From Bacteroidota bacterium (lineage in GTDB: Bacteria > Bacteroidota > Bacteroidia > Chitinophagales > CAIODY01): a stretch of DNA of 33,954 nucleotides. Shown here in pieces: positions 18,136 through 27,570 of this stretch. The notes under the pieces are model-generated. The model was not told the DNA's origin, did no database searches, and saw only the letters and a list, made by a program, of their open reading frames with translations. How positions within the stretch are numbered: position 1 is the first letter of the stretch; every line of letters begins with the position of its first letter. The stretch lies in NCBI GenBank assembly GCA_041165265.1, contig JBEANU010000381.1, positions 1-33,954 of the forward strand, in the 5' to 3' direction. A program made the position numbers and the translations under genes.

Positions 18136-18165
18136 TTTGAAGACGTATAGCTTTTCTTATTTTTG
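18136..18165 (+). promoter_or_regulatory. Bacteroidetes primary sigma promoter (-33 TTTG / -7 TAnnTTTG) for adk-obgE-EamA
   Basis: TTTG at 18136-18139, 18-nt spacer, TATTTTTG at 18158-18165, 36 nt upstream of the adk ATG. Confidence 0.55.
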
Positions 18166-18201
18166 TTCACTATCTAAAAAAAATATAACCACTATTATTA
18201 T

Positions 18202-18783
18202 ATGTTAAATCTAATTTTATTTGGCCCACCAGGAAGCGGAAAAGGCACACAATCTGAAAATTTAATAAAAAAATACCACCTTCAGCACGTTAGCACAGGT
18301 GATATTTTTAGAAGTGAAATTGCAAATGAAACTGCATTAGGCATGGAAGCAAAAAAATTTATGGATAAAGGTTTATTGGTGCCCGATGAAGTTGTAATTG
18401 GCATGATAGGTTCAAAAATAGATGCTTGTATTGAGTTAGGAGTTCAAGGTTTTATATTTGATGGATTTCCACGTACTATACCACAAGCCGAAGCATTAGA
18501 TAAATTATTGTTGTTTAAAAATATTCCAATTAATCAAGTATTATCATTGGATGTAAGTGAGGAGGAATTAGTAAAAAGATTGCTATCAAGAGGGGTAACA
18601 AGTGGTAGAACCGATGATCAAGATGAAAGTATAATTAGAAATAGAGTAGTGGAATACAGAACCAAAACTGAACCTGTTGCAGGATTTTATCAGCAACAAA
18701 ATAAATTATCAAAAATAAAAGGAGAGGGCAGTGTTGATGATATCTTTATAGCATTATCAGATGCAATTGATAATGTGAATTAA
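18202..18783 (+). CDS. adk: Adenylate kinase (short LID)
   Basis: FGPPGSGKGTQ P-loop, STGDIFR, GLLVPDE, FDGFPRT, GRTDD. Confidence 0.97.
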   Translation: MLNLILFGPPGSGKGTQSENLIKKYHLQHVSTGDIFRSEIANETALGMEAKKFMDKGLLVPDEVVIGMIGSKIDACIELGVQGFIFDGFPRTIPQAEALDKLLLFKNIPINQVLSLDVSEEELVKRLLSRGVTSGRTDDQDESIIRNRVVEYRTKTEPVAGFYQQQNKLSKIKGEGSVDDIFIALSDAIDNVN

Positions 18784-18824
18784 GGATGATGAAATAGGCT
18801 TTTTGAACAACAACAAACAATGAA

Positions 18825-19820
18825 ATGGAAGGAAGTAATTTTGTAGATTATGTAAAAATATTTTGTAGAAGTGGCGCAGGTGGTAATGGTAGTGTACACT
18901 TTAGGCAAGATAAATTTACAGCCAAAGGTGGCCCTGATGGCGGTAATGGTGGCAAAGGCGCCAGCATAATTTTAAGAGGAAATAAGCAACTTTGGACATT
19001 ACTACATTTAAAATACAAACGTCATATTTTTGCACCTGATGCTGAGCATGGCTTAGGTGATTTATGTACTGGGGCATCAGGACAAAATGTAATAGTAGAT
19101 GTGCCTTTAGGAACAGTTGCAAAAGATTTTGAAACAGGTAAAATTGAATTTGAAATAACTGAAGATGGTGAAGAAAAAATTATCATAACTGGCGGTAGGG
19201 GTGGTAAAGGAAATGCATTTTTTAAAAGCCCTACCAAGCAAACTCCTCGATTTGCACAAAAAGGTGAACCAAGAAAAGAATCTTGGAAAATTTTAGAACT
19301 AAAAGTATTGGCTGATGTAGGTTTGGTAGGTTTTCCCAATGCAGGAAAATCAACTTTGCTATCTAAATTATCAGCAGCAAAACCAGTAATTGCTGATTAT
19401 CCATTTACTACACTTACACCACAATTGGGTATCGTTTCTTATCGGGAACATAAATCGTTTATCATGGCCGATATACCTGGTATTATTGAAGGAGCATCGG
19501 AAGGAAAAGGATTAGGGTTACGATTTTTACGACATATTGAACGAAACTCGGTTTTATTATTCACAATTCCGGTAGATGCCAATGATATAAAAGCCGAATT
19601 AAAAATTTTGAAAACTGAACTGAAAAGATATAATAAAGAGTTACTCACTAAGCGAACCGTATTGGCCATCACCAAATGCGATATTGTGGATGATGAATTG
19701 AAAAAAATGATTAAAAAAACATTGCCACGAAAAATGCCTACTGTATTTATTTCAGCGGCTACTGGCGATGGATTACAAAATTTGAAGGATTTATTATGGA
19801 CAGAGTTAAATGCTGATTAA
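18825..19820 (+). CDS. obgE: GTPase ObgE/CgtA
   Basis: Gly-rich Obg domain FVDYVKI...GGPDGGNGG; GLVGFPNAGKSTL; YPFTTL; DIPG; TKCD; SA. Confidence 0.97.
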   Translation: MEGSNFVDYVKIFCRSGAGGNGSVHFRQDKFTAKGGPDGGNGGKGASIILRGNKQLWTLLHLKYKRHIFAPDAEHGLGDLCTGASGQNVIVDVPLGTVAKDFETGKIEFEITEDGEEKIIITGGRGGKGNAFFKSPTKQTPRFAQKGEPRKESWKILELKVLADVGLVGFPNAGKSTLLSKLSAAKPVIADYPFTTLTPQLGIVSYREHKSFIMADIPGIIEGASEGKGLGLRFLRHIERNSVLLFTIPVDANDIKAELKILKTELKRYNKELLTKRTVLAITKCDIVDDELKKMIKKTLPRKMPTVFISAATGDGLQNLKDLLWTELNAD

Positions 19821-19835
19821 TCTAATTATTAACTC

Positions 19836-20726
19836 GTGAAAACTACCTCGGAATATAAGCCTTGGCATTGGATGGTAGTTGCCTTGCTGGCACTTACCTG
19901 GGGCAGTTCATTCATATTGATGAAACGGTCGTTAGTTGGGCTATTGCCATTTCAAGTGGCAGCACTTCGCATATCAATAACAGCCTTTGTATTATTACCA
20001 TTTAGTATTGCATACATTCGTAAAGTTGACCCTAAAAAAATTAAGTACATTATTTTTTCAGGATTGATGGGTAGTGGCATTCCTGCCTTCTTTTTTGCCA
20101 CAGCTCAAATGCATTTAAGTAGTTCGTTATCAGGTGTGTTAAATGCGCTTACACCAGTATGGGCAATGTTTATAGGAATTGTGATTTTTAAAACCAAAAC
20201 AACTTTTTTCCAATTTACAGGTATTTTAGTTGGCTTTTTAGGGGCTATAAGTTTAGTGATTTTTGGGCATCATAATAACGGAATTAATTCTGAAATTCAT
20301 TATGCTTTATTTATAGTGATAGCAACATTTTGCTACGGAATGAACTTAAACATACTTCGCAACTATCTCACAGGCATTAATCCTATTCATTTAGCAGCTT
20401 TGTCTTTCTTTTTTATTGGTATTCCGGCTACTATTTATGTATTGGGTTTTACTGATTTGCTTACCCGTATTAATACCAACCCTGAAACACTTACATCATT
20501 GGGCTATATCAGTATTTTGGCCATTGTAGGCACTGCCATAGCCTCGGTAGTATTTTATACTTTAGTACAAAAAACAAGCACTTTGTTTGGCGCTGTTACC
20601 ACTTATTTTATTCCGGTTGTAGCAGTAATGTGGGGTGCTATTGATAACGAACAAATAACTTATATTCATTTTATTGGATTAGGATTAATACTATTTGGTG
20701 TTTGGATGGTAACCCGAAAAAAATAA
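19836..20726 (+). CDS. DMT/EamA family transporter
   Basis: About 10 TM helices in two EamA halves; WGSSFILMK, A.LR, LNALTP, Y.IPVVA..WG. Confidence 0.9.
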   Translation: MKTTSEYKPWHWMVVALLALTWGSSFILMKRSLVGLLPFQVAALRISITAFVLLPFSIAYIRKVDPKKIKYIIFSGLMGSGIPAFFFATAQMHLSSSLSGVLNALTPVWAMFIGIVIFKTKTTFFQFTGILVGFLGAISLVIFGHHNNGINSEIHYALFIVIATFCYGMNLNILRNYLTGINPIHLAALSFFFIGIPATIYVLGFTDLLTRINTNPETLTSLGYISILAIVGTAIASVVFYTLVQKTSTLFGAVTTYFIPVVAVMWGAIDNEQITYIHFIGLGLILFGVWMVTRKK

Positions 20727-20740
20727 TTTCAAAATAACGC

Positions 20741-22540
20741 TTACATCACTGATGGTGCTTGAATGCCCAGTAATTGCAAAGATTGATGAATTACCTTATT
20801 TACCATTTCTACCAAATGCAATCTGAATTGAATTTCATTTTCTGTATCCGCCTTTAAAACACTTAATTCAGCATAAAATTGATTAAATGATTTTGCTAAA
20901 TTATACGTGTAATTAGCCAATATGGAAGGATTATGTTCTTTACCTGATTCTAAAATTTTATCAGGGAATAAATTAATTTCTTGAATCAAAGCTTTTTCTA
21001 ATTGATGTAAATGATAGTTTTTAATTACATCGTTCACATCTTTTCTTTCCAAACCATTATTACGTAAAATGGAGCAAATACGAGCATGTGTGTATTGTAT
21101 GAACGGACCTGTGTTGCCTTGCAATTCAATGCTTTCAGCTGGGTTGAACAACATTTTTTTCTTAGGGTCAACTTTTAATAAAAAATATTTTAAAGCACCC
21201 ATTCCTATGGTGTAATATAATTTTTGTTTTTCATCATCCGTCATACCATCTAATTTGCCCCGTTCTTCTGTGGTTAATTTGGCTGAAGTAATCATTTCAT
21301 TCATTAAATCGTCGGCATCCACCACCGTTCCTTCTCTGCTTTTCATTTTACCAGTTGGTAATTCCACCATTCCGTAACTTAAATGATAAATACCATCAGC
21401 ATAAATTTTATTCATTTTTTTAAGTATTAATTGCAATACCTTAAAATGATAATCTTGTTCATTGCCTACCACATAAATGCTTTCATTCATGCCATAGTCA
21501 TTGTATTTCATCTGCGCTGTGCCTACATCTTGGGTAATGTACACTGATGTTCCATCTTTGCGTTGTAATATTTTTCTATCTAATCCATCAGCCGTTAAAT
21601 CAATCCAAACTGAATGATCATCATCTTGTGTAAATACTTTATTTGCTACACCTTCTTGCACAATTTCTTTACCTAATAAATAAGTATTGCTTTCATAATA
21701 GGTTTTGTTAAATGTAACACCAAGTGTTGTGTAAGTAGCATCAAAGCCTTCATACACCCAGCTATTCATCATTTTCCATAATGCAATCACTTCGGGTTTT
21801 CCGGCTTCCCAATCCAAAAGCATTTGTTGGGTTTCGGCCATTAATGTTGATTTTTTTGTAGCATCATCTTCGTTTAATCCTTCAGCTTTTAGTTTTTCAA
21901 TTTCTAATTTAAAAAGGTCATTAAAAATTACATAATATTTCCCCACTAAATGGTCACCTTTCATACTTTCAGTTGCAGGATTGATGCTCCCAATTTCCAT
22001 TTCTCTTTTCTCACAATCTTTTTTATATGCCAACATGCTTTTGCAAATATGAATGCCTCTATCATTTACTAAAGTAGTTTTTATTACTTCATTGCCACAT
22101 GCTTTTAATATTTCAGAAATGGAATGACCTAATAAAATATTGCGTACATGCCCCAAGTGTAAAGGTTTGTTGGTATTTGGCGATGAATATTCCACCATTA
22201 TTTTTTTGCCTGATGATGGATGAAATCCATAATTATTTTGGTTAGAAGCTTGCGCTAATTGGCTCAACCAAAATTGTTGAGTGAATACAATATTCAAAAA
22301 ACCTTTTACAACATTAAATGATTCAATAGATGAATTTTGTAATTTTAATTGCTCACCAAAAAAATTACCTGTTGCTTCAGGATTTAATTTTGAAAACTTT
22401 GTAAACGGAAATACAACAATGGTGCAATCGCCAACAAAATCAGTAGGTGTAGCATTTATCTGAATTGAATTAGCATTAATATTTTGCTGAAAATTTTCAG
22501 TGATAATGTTGGAAATGGATGCTTTTAAAAAGTGGAACAT
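20741..22540 (-). CDS. argS: Arginine--tRNA ligase
   Basis: VEYSSPNTNKPLHLGH.RN (HIGH), KMKSREG (KMSKS), GNTGPFIQYTHARI.SI, C-terminal M. Confidence 0.97.
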   Translation of the reverse strand: MFHFLKASISNIITENFQQNINANSIQINATPTDFVGDCTIVVFPFTKFSKLNPEATGNFFGEQLKLQNSSIESFNVVKGFLNIVFTQQFWLSQLAQASNQNNYGFHPSSGKKIMVEYSSPNTNKPLHLGHVRNILLGHSISEILKACGNEVIKTTLVNDRGIHICKSMLAYKKDCEKREMEIGSINPATESMKGDHLVGKYYVIFNDLFKLEIEKLKAEGLNEDDATKKSTLMAETQQMLLDWEAGKPEVIALWKMMNSWVYEGFDATYTTLGVTFNKTYYESNTYLLGKEIVQEGVANKVFTQDDDHSVWIDLTADGLDRKILQRKDGTSVYITQDVGTAQMKYNDYGMNESIYVVGNEQDYHFKVLQLILKKMNKIYADGIYHLSYGMVELPTGKMKSREGTVVDADDLMNEMITSAKLTTEERGKLDGMTDDEKQKLYYTIGMGALKYFLLKVDPKKKMLFNPAESIELQGNTGPFIQYTHARICSILRNNGLERKDVNDVIKNYHLHQLEKALIQEINLFPDKILESGKEHNPSILANYTYNLAKSFNQFYAELSVLKADTENEIQFRLHLVEMVNKVIHQSLQLLGIQAPSVM

Positions 22541-22620
22541 GGATTATTTATTTTAGCTTCAACAAAGAACGGAAAGAAAAAACAGGAATTGAAAAATTGG
22601 TTGAAAATTTTATAAGAACT

Positions 22621-22651
22621 AAAAAAAGCCGCTTCATTTGAATCGGCTTTT
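22621..22651 (-). terminator. Intrinsic terminator of fumC
   Basis: Minus strand AAAAGCCG-attcaaatgaag-CGGCTTTTTTT: GC stem followed by a U-tract, about 20 nt after the fumC stop. Confidence 0.8.
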
Positions 22652-22672
22652 ATTGATTTATTCAGAACGAAA

Positions 22673-24067
22673 TTACAATCCACACATCTCTTCAGGCTTC
22701 ACCCATTCATCAAATTCTTCAGCAGTTAAGTAGCCTAATTTAATGGCTGTTTCTTTCAATGTTGAATTATTCTTGTGAGCCGTTTGAGCAATTTCAGCCG
22801 ATTTGTAATAACCAATTTTTGTGTTCAAGGCAGTAACTAACATCAATGAATTGTTCAAATGTTTTTTGATATTATCCGTTAAAGGTTCAATACCAACAGC
22901 ACATTTATCGTTGAATGAAACACAAGCATCACCAATTAATCTGGCACTGTGTAAAAAATTATAAATCATTACTGGTTTGAAAACATTCAATTCAAAATGT
23001 CCGTTTGAACCACCAATGCTAATGGTAACATCATTTCCCATTACTTGTGCAGCTACCATTGTCATGGCTTCGCATTGAGTTGGGTTTACTTTGCCCGGCA
23101 TGATGGACGAACCTGGTTCATTATCAGGAATAAAAATTTCACCGATTCCACTTCGTGGGCCTGATGAAAGCATACGAATATCATTTGCAATTTTCATCAA
23201 CGAAACAGCAACGGTTTTCAAAGCGCCATGACTTTCAACAATAGCATCATGCGCTGCTAGGGCTTCAAATTTATTTTCCGCAGTTACAAATGGCAAACCT
23301 GAAAGTTGGGCAATATGCTTAGCCACATTTTCAGAATAATTGGGTGGCGTATTAATTCCTGTGCCAACCGCAGTTCCACCTAATGCTAATTCGCTTAAAT
23401 GCGCTAATGTATTTTCAATGGCTTTAATGCCATGATTTAATTGCGAAACATAACCCGAAAATTCTTGCCCTAATGTTAAAGGTGTTGCATCCATGAAATG
23501 TGTTCTTCCAATTTTCACCACTTTCATAAATGCTTTTGATTTAGCATCTAAAGTATCTCTTAATTTTTTGATACCCGGTAAAGTTGTTTCTACTAAAATT
23601 TTGTAAGCCGCAATGTGCATAGCTGTTGGGAAAGTATCGTTAGATGATTGTGATTTATTTACATCATCATTCGGATGTAAAAATTTCTTTTCATCTAATA
23701 AATTTCCACCTTGCATCACATGCCCTCTGTAAGCAATTACTTCGTTGCAATTCATGTTGCTTTGTGTTCCGCTACCTGTTTGCCAAACTACTAAAGGAAA
23801 ATATTCATTCAATTTTCCTTCTAAAATTTCATCACAAACTTTTCCAATTAAATCACATTTATCTTGTGGTAAAACACCAGCATCAAAATTGGTCAAAGCG
23901 GCTGCTTTTTTCAAAATAGCAAATGCTCTGATGATTTCCTTAGGCATTTTATTAATATCAGTAGCTATTTTGAAATTATCAATGGAGCGTTGCGTTTGAG
24001 CTCCCCAATATACTGTTGATGGCACTTCTACAATGCCCATCGTATCTTTTTCTTTTCTGAATTCCAT
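22673..24067 (-). CDS. fumC: Class II fumarate hydratase
   Basis: [55 protein letters not shown]. Confidence 0.98.
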   Translation of the reverse strand: MEFRKEKDTMGIVEVPSTVYWGAQTQRSIDNFKIATDINKMPKEIIRAFAILKKAAALTNFDAGVLPQDKCDLIGKVCDEILEGKLNEYFPLVVWQTGSGTQSNMNCNEVIAYRGHVMQGGNLLDEKKFLHPNDDVNKSQSSNDTFPTAMHIAAYKILVETTLPGIKKLRDTLDAKSKAFMKVVKIGRTHFMDATPLTLGQEFSGYVSQLNHGIKAIENTLAHLSELALGGTAVGTGINTPPNYSENVAKHIAQLSGLPFVTAENKFEALAAHDAIVESHGALKTVAVSLMKIANDIRMLSSGPRSGIGEIFIPDNEPGSSIMPGKVNPTQCEAMTMVAAQVMGNDVTISIGGSNGHFELNVFKPVMIYNFLHSARLIGDACVSFNDKCAVGIEPLTDNIKKHLNNSLMLVTALNTKIGYYKSAEIAQTAHKNNSTLKETAIKLGYLTAEEFDEWVKPEEMCGL

Positions 24068-24114
24068 GATGTTATTTTTTTAAATAAAATGTTTATGAAT
24101 AAAAATTGTGGCTG

Positions 24115-24160
24115 CAAAAATAATCTATCATGAATAGATTTTCAGATTGATTTTTATCAT
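24115..24160 (-). promoter_or_regulatory. fumC promoter region: -7 element, adjacent palindrome and FNR-like box
   Basis: TATTTTTG on the minus strand at 24115-24122; palindrome aatctat-catga-atagatt 24122-24140; TTGAT-tttt-ATCAT 24147-24160. Confidence 0.45.
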
Positions 24161-24226
24161 TCCATTAAAATGATTTGTTTTAGAAATAATTAGCGTTTAC
24201 TTTTATTGCAATCAATAATTTAAGAT

Positions 24227-24898
24227 ATGAATAATAATTTGATATTGGAATCATTAAAGGAAAAAATGAAATTGAAAAATGAAGTTGCTAAACATACAGC
24301 AAACGATTTTTCTATTTTGAAACAAGCATTGCATGTGGTATCAAAAGAGTTAACTCAAAAAATAGGCAATCATCAAGAAGTAATTTCAAAGGAAAATGGA
24401 GCTTGGGAAATTGAAATAAAATTTGGTGGTGAAGTTTTGATATTTAGCATGCATACTGATATTTTTAATTTTGATGACGAACATTTTACACATAAATTGG
24501 ATTATGTAAAACATGATAATACTCGTTCGTATTGTGGTGTGATTAAGGTGTATAATTTTTTAGCTGATTCCTTTAAATACAGCAGAAATAATGATTTGGG
24601 GTATTTAATTGCAAGAATATTTATCAATAAAGACAATCATTATTTTGTAGAAGGCAAACGTCAATTAGGTTTTTTATATAATGATTTTGAGAATGCAATT
24701 TTTGATGAATCGGCTGTTAAATCGGTGATAGAATCTTGCTTATTGTATGCTATTGAATTTGATTTATTAGTGCCTCCTTTTGATCAAGTAAAAGAAATTA
24801 CCGTGTATCAAAAAGTGGAGCAAATGGGCAATGCTGCTGTAATTACAGGCAAACGCTTAGGATTTAATTATCAAGCCGATACTGATACTTTTGGTTAG
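24227..24898 (+). CDS. Cytoplasmic hypothetical protein resembling a conserved Bacteroidota family, divergent from fumC
   Basis: 223-aa ORF; motifs L.F.MHT.IF.FD, YCG.I..YNFLADSFKY.R.ND.GYLIARIFIN...H.FVEGKRQLGF, TGKRLG recalled from an uncharacterised family. Confidence 0.8.
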   Translation: MNNNLILESLKEKMKLKNEVAKHTANDFSILKQALHVVSKELTQKIGNHQEVISKENGAWEIEIKFGGEVLIFSMHTDIFNFDDEHFTHKLDYVKHDNTRSYCGVIKVYNFLADSFKYSRNNDLGYLIARIFINKDNHYFVEGKRQLGFLYNDFENAIFDESAVKSVIESCLLYAIEFDLLVPPFDQVKEITVYQKVEQMGNAAVITGKRLGFNYQADTDTFG

Positions 24899-25518
24899 AA
24901 ACTAAGTCCAACAGAGATCAATCCATTTAATGCAAAACTAGATGTCCAATAAGATGATTTAAAACTTTGTTGCGTTTTATTGTTCAATAATTCCGTTTTA
25001 AATTTCTCTGTCTTCAATCCAAAATCTAATTGAAGTTCAACTAAAATGTTTTTACTAATTTTTGTTCTGGCTTTAGAAGAAATGAATTTAGAGACTCTTT
25101 GTTCAAATATTTTAGATGTACTATTTATTGCATTTTCGTAAGCTTCAGTTCCTTCCATTTGTCTGTAATCCAAAAGTATACCTGAGTAAAAGTGAGTTAA
25201 TTTTTTCTCTGAATAATCATGACTGAAAGAATAATATATGCCATTTCCCAACATATAATAATATCCATCAAGATATATCTTGTTGAATTCCAAAGCTGAT
25301 TGAACTTCGTAATACATTCCAGGTCGATAAGCTGCATAAATAGTATAATTAAAGTAATCATCAAAAAATTGAATGTTATATGCTACTTGTATTTTTTTTA
25401 AAAGCAAAGGATTAAACGAAACAAAGACCGAATGCCTTTTTGGAGGAATGCTATCTTGTGAATAGGCATTAATAGCAATTAAAACAATAATTAGAAAGGC
25501 AACTAATTTTTTTTTCAT
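24895..25518 (-). CDS. Hypothetical exported protein, probable small outer-membrane beta-barrel (DUF3575-like)
   Basis: Signal peptide AYS|Q, alternating aromatic/hydrophobic strands, C-terminal ISVGLSF ending in Phe (BAM signal-like). Confidence 0.6.
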   Translation of the reverse strand: MKKKLVAFLIIVLIAINAYSQDSIPPKRHSVFVSFNPLLLKKIQVAYNIQFFDDYFNYTIYAAYRPGMYYEVQSALEFNKIYLDGYYYMLGNGIYYSFSHDYSEKKLTHFYSGILLDYRQMEGTEAYENAINSTSKIFEQRVSKFISSKARTKISKNILVELQLDFGLKTEKFKTELLNNKTQQSFKSSYWTSSFALNGLISVGLSF

Positions 25519-25528
25519 ACTGTTTTAT

Positions 25529-25969
25529 TTAAGGTAAAAACTGACTTACATCGCCACCGCTTTTTAGTATTTCTCTAATAATAGTAGATGATATAGAAGC
25601 CAAATCAGGTGAGCAATTCAAGAAAATAGTTTCGATGTTGGGATTCATTTTTTTGTTCATTTCGGCAATGCTTTTTTCGTATTCAAAATCAATGGTATTT
25701 CTAATGCCACGAACAATAAAATTACAATTCATTTTTTCTGCAAATACAGTAGTTAAACCTTCATAAGTTAAAACTTTAATTTTCGAATTGTCTTTGTATA
25801 ATATTTCAATTTGTTCAATTCGTTGGGCTAATGGCAATAAATATTGCTTAGTAGTATTATTTCCAATGCCAATAATAATTTCATCAAACAAAGGCAAAGC
25901 TCTGTTTACAATATCAAAATGTCCTTTTGTAAATGGGTCGAAACTGCCAGGAAAAATTGCTTTTTTCAT
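25529..25969 (-). CDS. coaD: Pantetheine-phosphate adenylyltransferase
   Basis: AIFPGSFDPFTKGH, VRGIRN..DFEYE, ISSTIIREI. Confidence 0.97.
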   Translation of the reverse strand: MKKAIFPGSFDPFTKGHFDIVNRALPLFDEIIIGIGNNTTKQYLLPLAQRIEQIEILYKDNSKIKVLTYEGLTTVFAEKMNCNFIVRGIRNTIDFEYEKSIAEMNKKMNPNIETIFLNCSPDLASISSTIIREILKSGGDVSQFLP

Positions 25970-26028
25970 ATTTCAAAAATAAACAAAAACAAATGTATTA
26001 GTAAAATAAAACAGCAAACAAAATATAT

Positions 26029-26152
26029 CCTATTGGCGCATTCTAAAGTCAAGCCAAGAGCATTTGCCGACTTGTGCCCAGATACAATGGCACAAGTTCA
26101 TCACTCACAAATCTAGGGTGCAAACTTGCTAGCAGGAGCTCTATTTGGCAAA
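26029..26152. repeat. GC-rich nested palindromic element, REP/REPIN-like remnant
   Basis: About 47% GC by hand count. Central IR acttgtgcc (26070-26078) / ggcacaagt (26089-26097); flanking pairs aagtc/gactt (26046-50/26069-73) and caagtt/aacttg (26093-98/26123-28). Confidence 0.45.
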
Positions 26153-26381
26153 CTACTGAATGGTAATTTTTTGAATATACTTTTCATGTGTAGTATTGTT
26201 TTGAATAGTTATAAAATACAAACCCGATGCTGCTTCTATTAATTCTATTTGTTTATTAGTACCACTGTTTTTACAATTATATCCTATGGCTCTTCCGCTC
26301 AAATCTGTAATGCTGATTTGATAATTCTCATTAGGTAGCACTACTGTAAAGTTACCTGTGTTAGGATTGGGATATATTTGT
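26153..26381 (-). repeat. Direct repeat copy 1 (229 bp, T9SS CTD cassette)
   Basis: Ungapped match to 27342-27570 (offset 1189) with 11 mismatches by hand alignment; 26298-26381 is identical. Confidence 0.95.
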
Positions 26382-27376
26382 GCTAAAAGCAAACTCGAAT
26401 TAGAATCTTGTATACCATCTTCCTCTCCTTTTATTTTTACGGTTATTGTATCTGAAGTTAAATTACCACATAAATCCATTTTAACAATATACGATGTAGT
26501 ATGCATAGGATGAACCGTACAAATACTACTGGCTGCTATTTTATTGCCTTGCATATCATACCAATCACAGGGCAAGCCCAATGTGGTATGCAAGCCTAAA
26601 ACCACTGTATCACCTGCATTTATAGTGGTATCTTTACCTGCTTTTATTTTACTGCCTAAATCTATTACACTTACATCATCTATATAATAGTTTGCTTGAA
26701 AACCCTTTAATGGATTATTCAGAACAACACTATGCACATTCATAGTATCTGTAAATCGCCCTATGATTAATCGGTTCTCTGTTCCATTTGCTACAAAACA
26801 GCCTTGTATTTTAGTCCAATTTAACGTATCAGTTATGGGTATGCCCACTGGGCTATAGGCTTGTGCTGTTGCTAATGATACTTGATTTGGTATTGTAAAT
26901 AAAAGGCTTCCATCATCTACATAAGCCCCTAATTGGTCAACTGCATAATCAGAAGTAGCACATAAATTCACATAAAAACTCACTGCATACATATGTCCTA
27001 CTAGTAACTCACTTTTAAAATCTGTTTGGATGTAATCTGAAAAATTATTAATGCCTGGTTCGTTATAAGGCAGATTATAAAAAGAATTAATTGCTACCCC
27101 TCCGTTACTCCTAGGATATTTCATTGAATCAAATTGATTGGTAGGTAAAGTGCCGCTGCAAATATTTCCGATTGCCAAGCCTGCGGTATTTGGTGGGTAA
27201 GTCCACGGCATCCATGAGTAAGGTACACAGGTATCATATTCAAAGGAAGGATTGGGAATTAAGTTGATACTTGTTTGTGCTTTAGTGTAAAAAGGCAAAA
27301 AATAGAAAAGCACTGCTACTACCAATAACTTCTTACTTTTATTATTGAATGGTAATTTTTTGAATATACTTTTCAT
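26153..27376 (-). CDS. T9SS type-A cargo protein with NLIPNPSFE CBM-like beta-sandwich, Ig-like domain and CTD
   Basis: Signal region KKLLVVAVLFYFLPFYTKA|Q; NLIPNPSFE; Y.VSFYVNL; DTLNWTKIQG.F.A.G.E..L.IG.F; YYIDDVSV; CTD IYPNP...ASGLYFITI...KITIQ. Confidence 0.87.
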   Translation of the reverse strand: MKSIFKKLPFNNKSKKLLVVAVLFYFLPFYTKAQTSINLIPNPSFEYDTCVPYSWMPWTYPPNTAGLAIGNICSGTLPTNQFDSMKYPRSNGGVAINSFYNLPYNEPGINNFSDYIQTDFKSELLVGHMYAVSFYVNLCATSDYAVDQLGAYVDDGSLLFTIPNQVSLATAQAYSPVGIPITDTLNWTKIQGCFVANGTENRLIIGRFTDTMNVHSVVLNNPLKGFQANYYIDDVSVIDLGSKIKAGKDTTINAGDTVVLGLHTTLGLPCDWYDMQGNKIAASSICTVHPMHTTSYIVKMDLCGNLTSDTITVKIKGEEDGIQDSNSSLLLAQIYPNPNTGNFTVVLPNENYQISITDLSGRAIGYNCKNSGTNKQIELIEAASGLYFITIQNNTTHEKYIQKITIQ

Positions 27377-27570
27377 GTGTAGTATTGTTTTGAAGAGTTA
27401 TAAAATACAAACCTGATGCTGCTTCTGTTAATTCTATTTGTTTGTTAGTACCACTGTTTTTACAATTATATCTTACTGCTCTACCACTCAAATCTGTAAT
27501 GCTGATTTGATAATTCTCATTAGGTAGCACTACTGTAAAGTTACCTGTGTTAGGATTGGGATATATTTGT
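27342..27570 (-). repeat. Direct repeat copy 2 (229 bp, T9SS CTD cassette)
   Basis: Ungapped match to 26153-26381, about 95% identity. Confidence 0.95.

Noticed and set aside
13512-23999. Short antisense ORFs within asnB, GT4, the cyclophilin, the 16611 gene, the TPR gene start, obgE, argS and fumC
   Set aside because: All overlap conserved genes on the opposite strand and lack independent coding signals.
25788-26116. ORFs 25788-25982 and 25844-26116 (+)
   Set aside because: Antisense to coaD and running into the palindromic element; no protein-like features.
26153-27570. Diversity-generating retroelement TR/VR pair
   Set aside because: The 11 differences are not adenine-specific in either copy (they include C/T changes and A in both copies), most are synonymous, both copies are coding, and there is no reverse transcriptase in the window.
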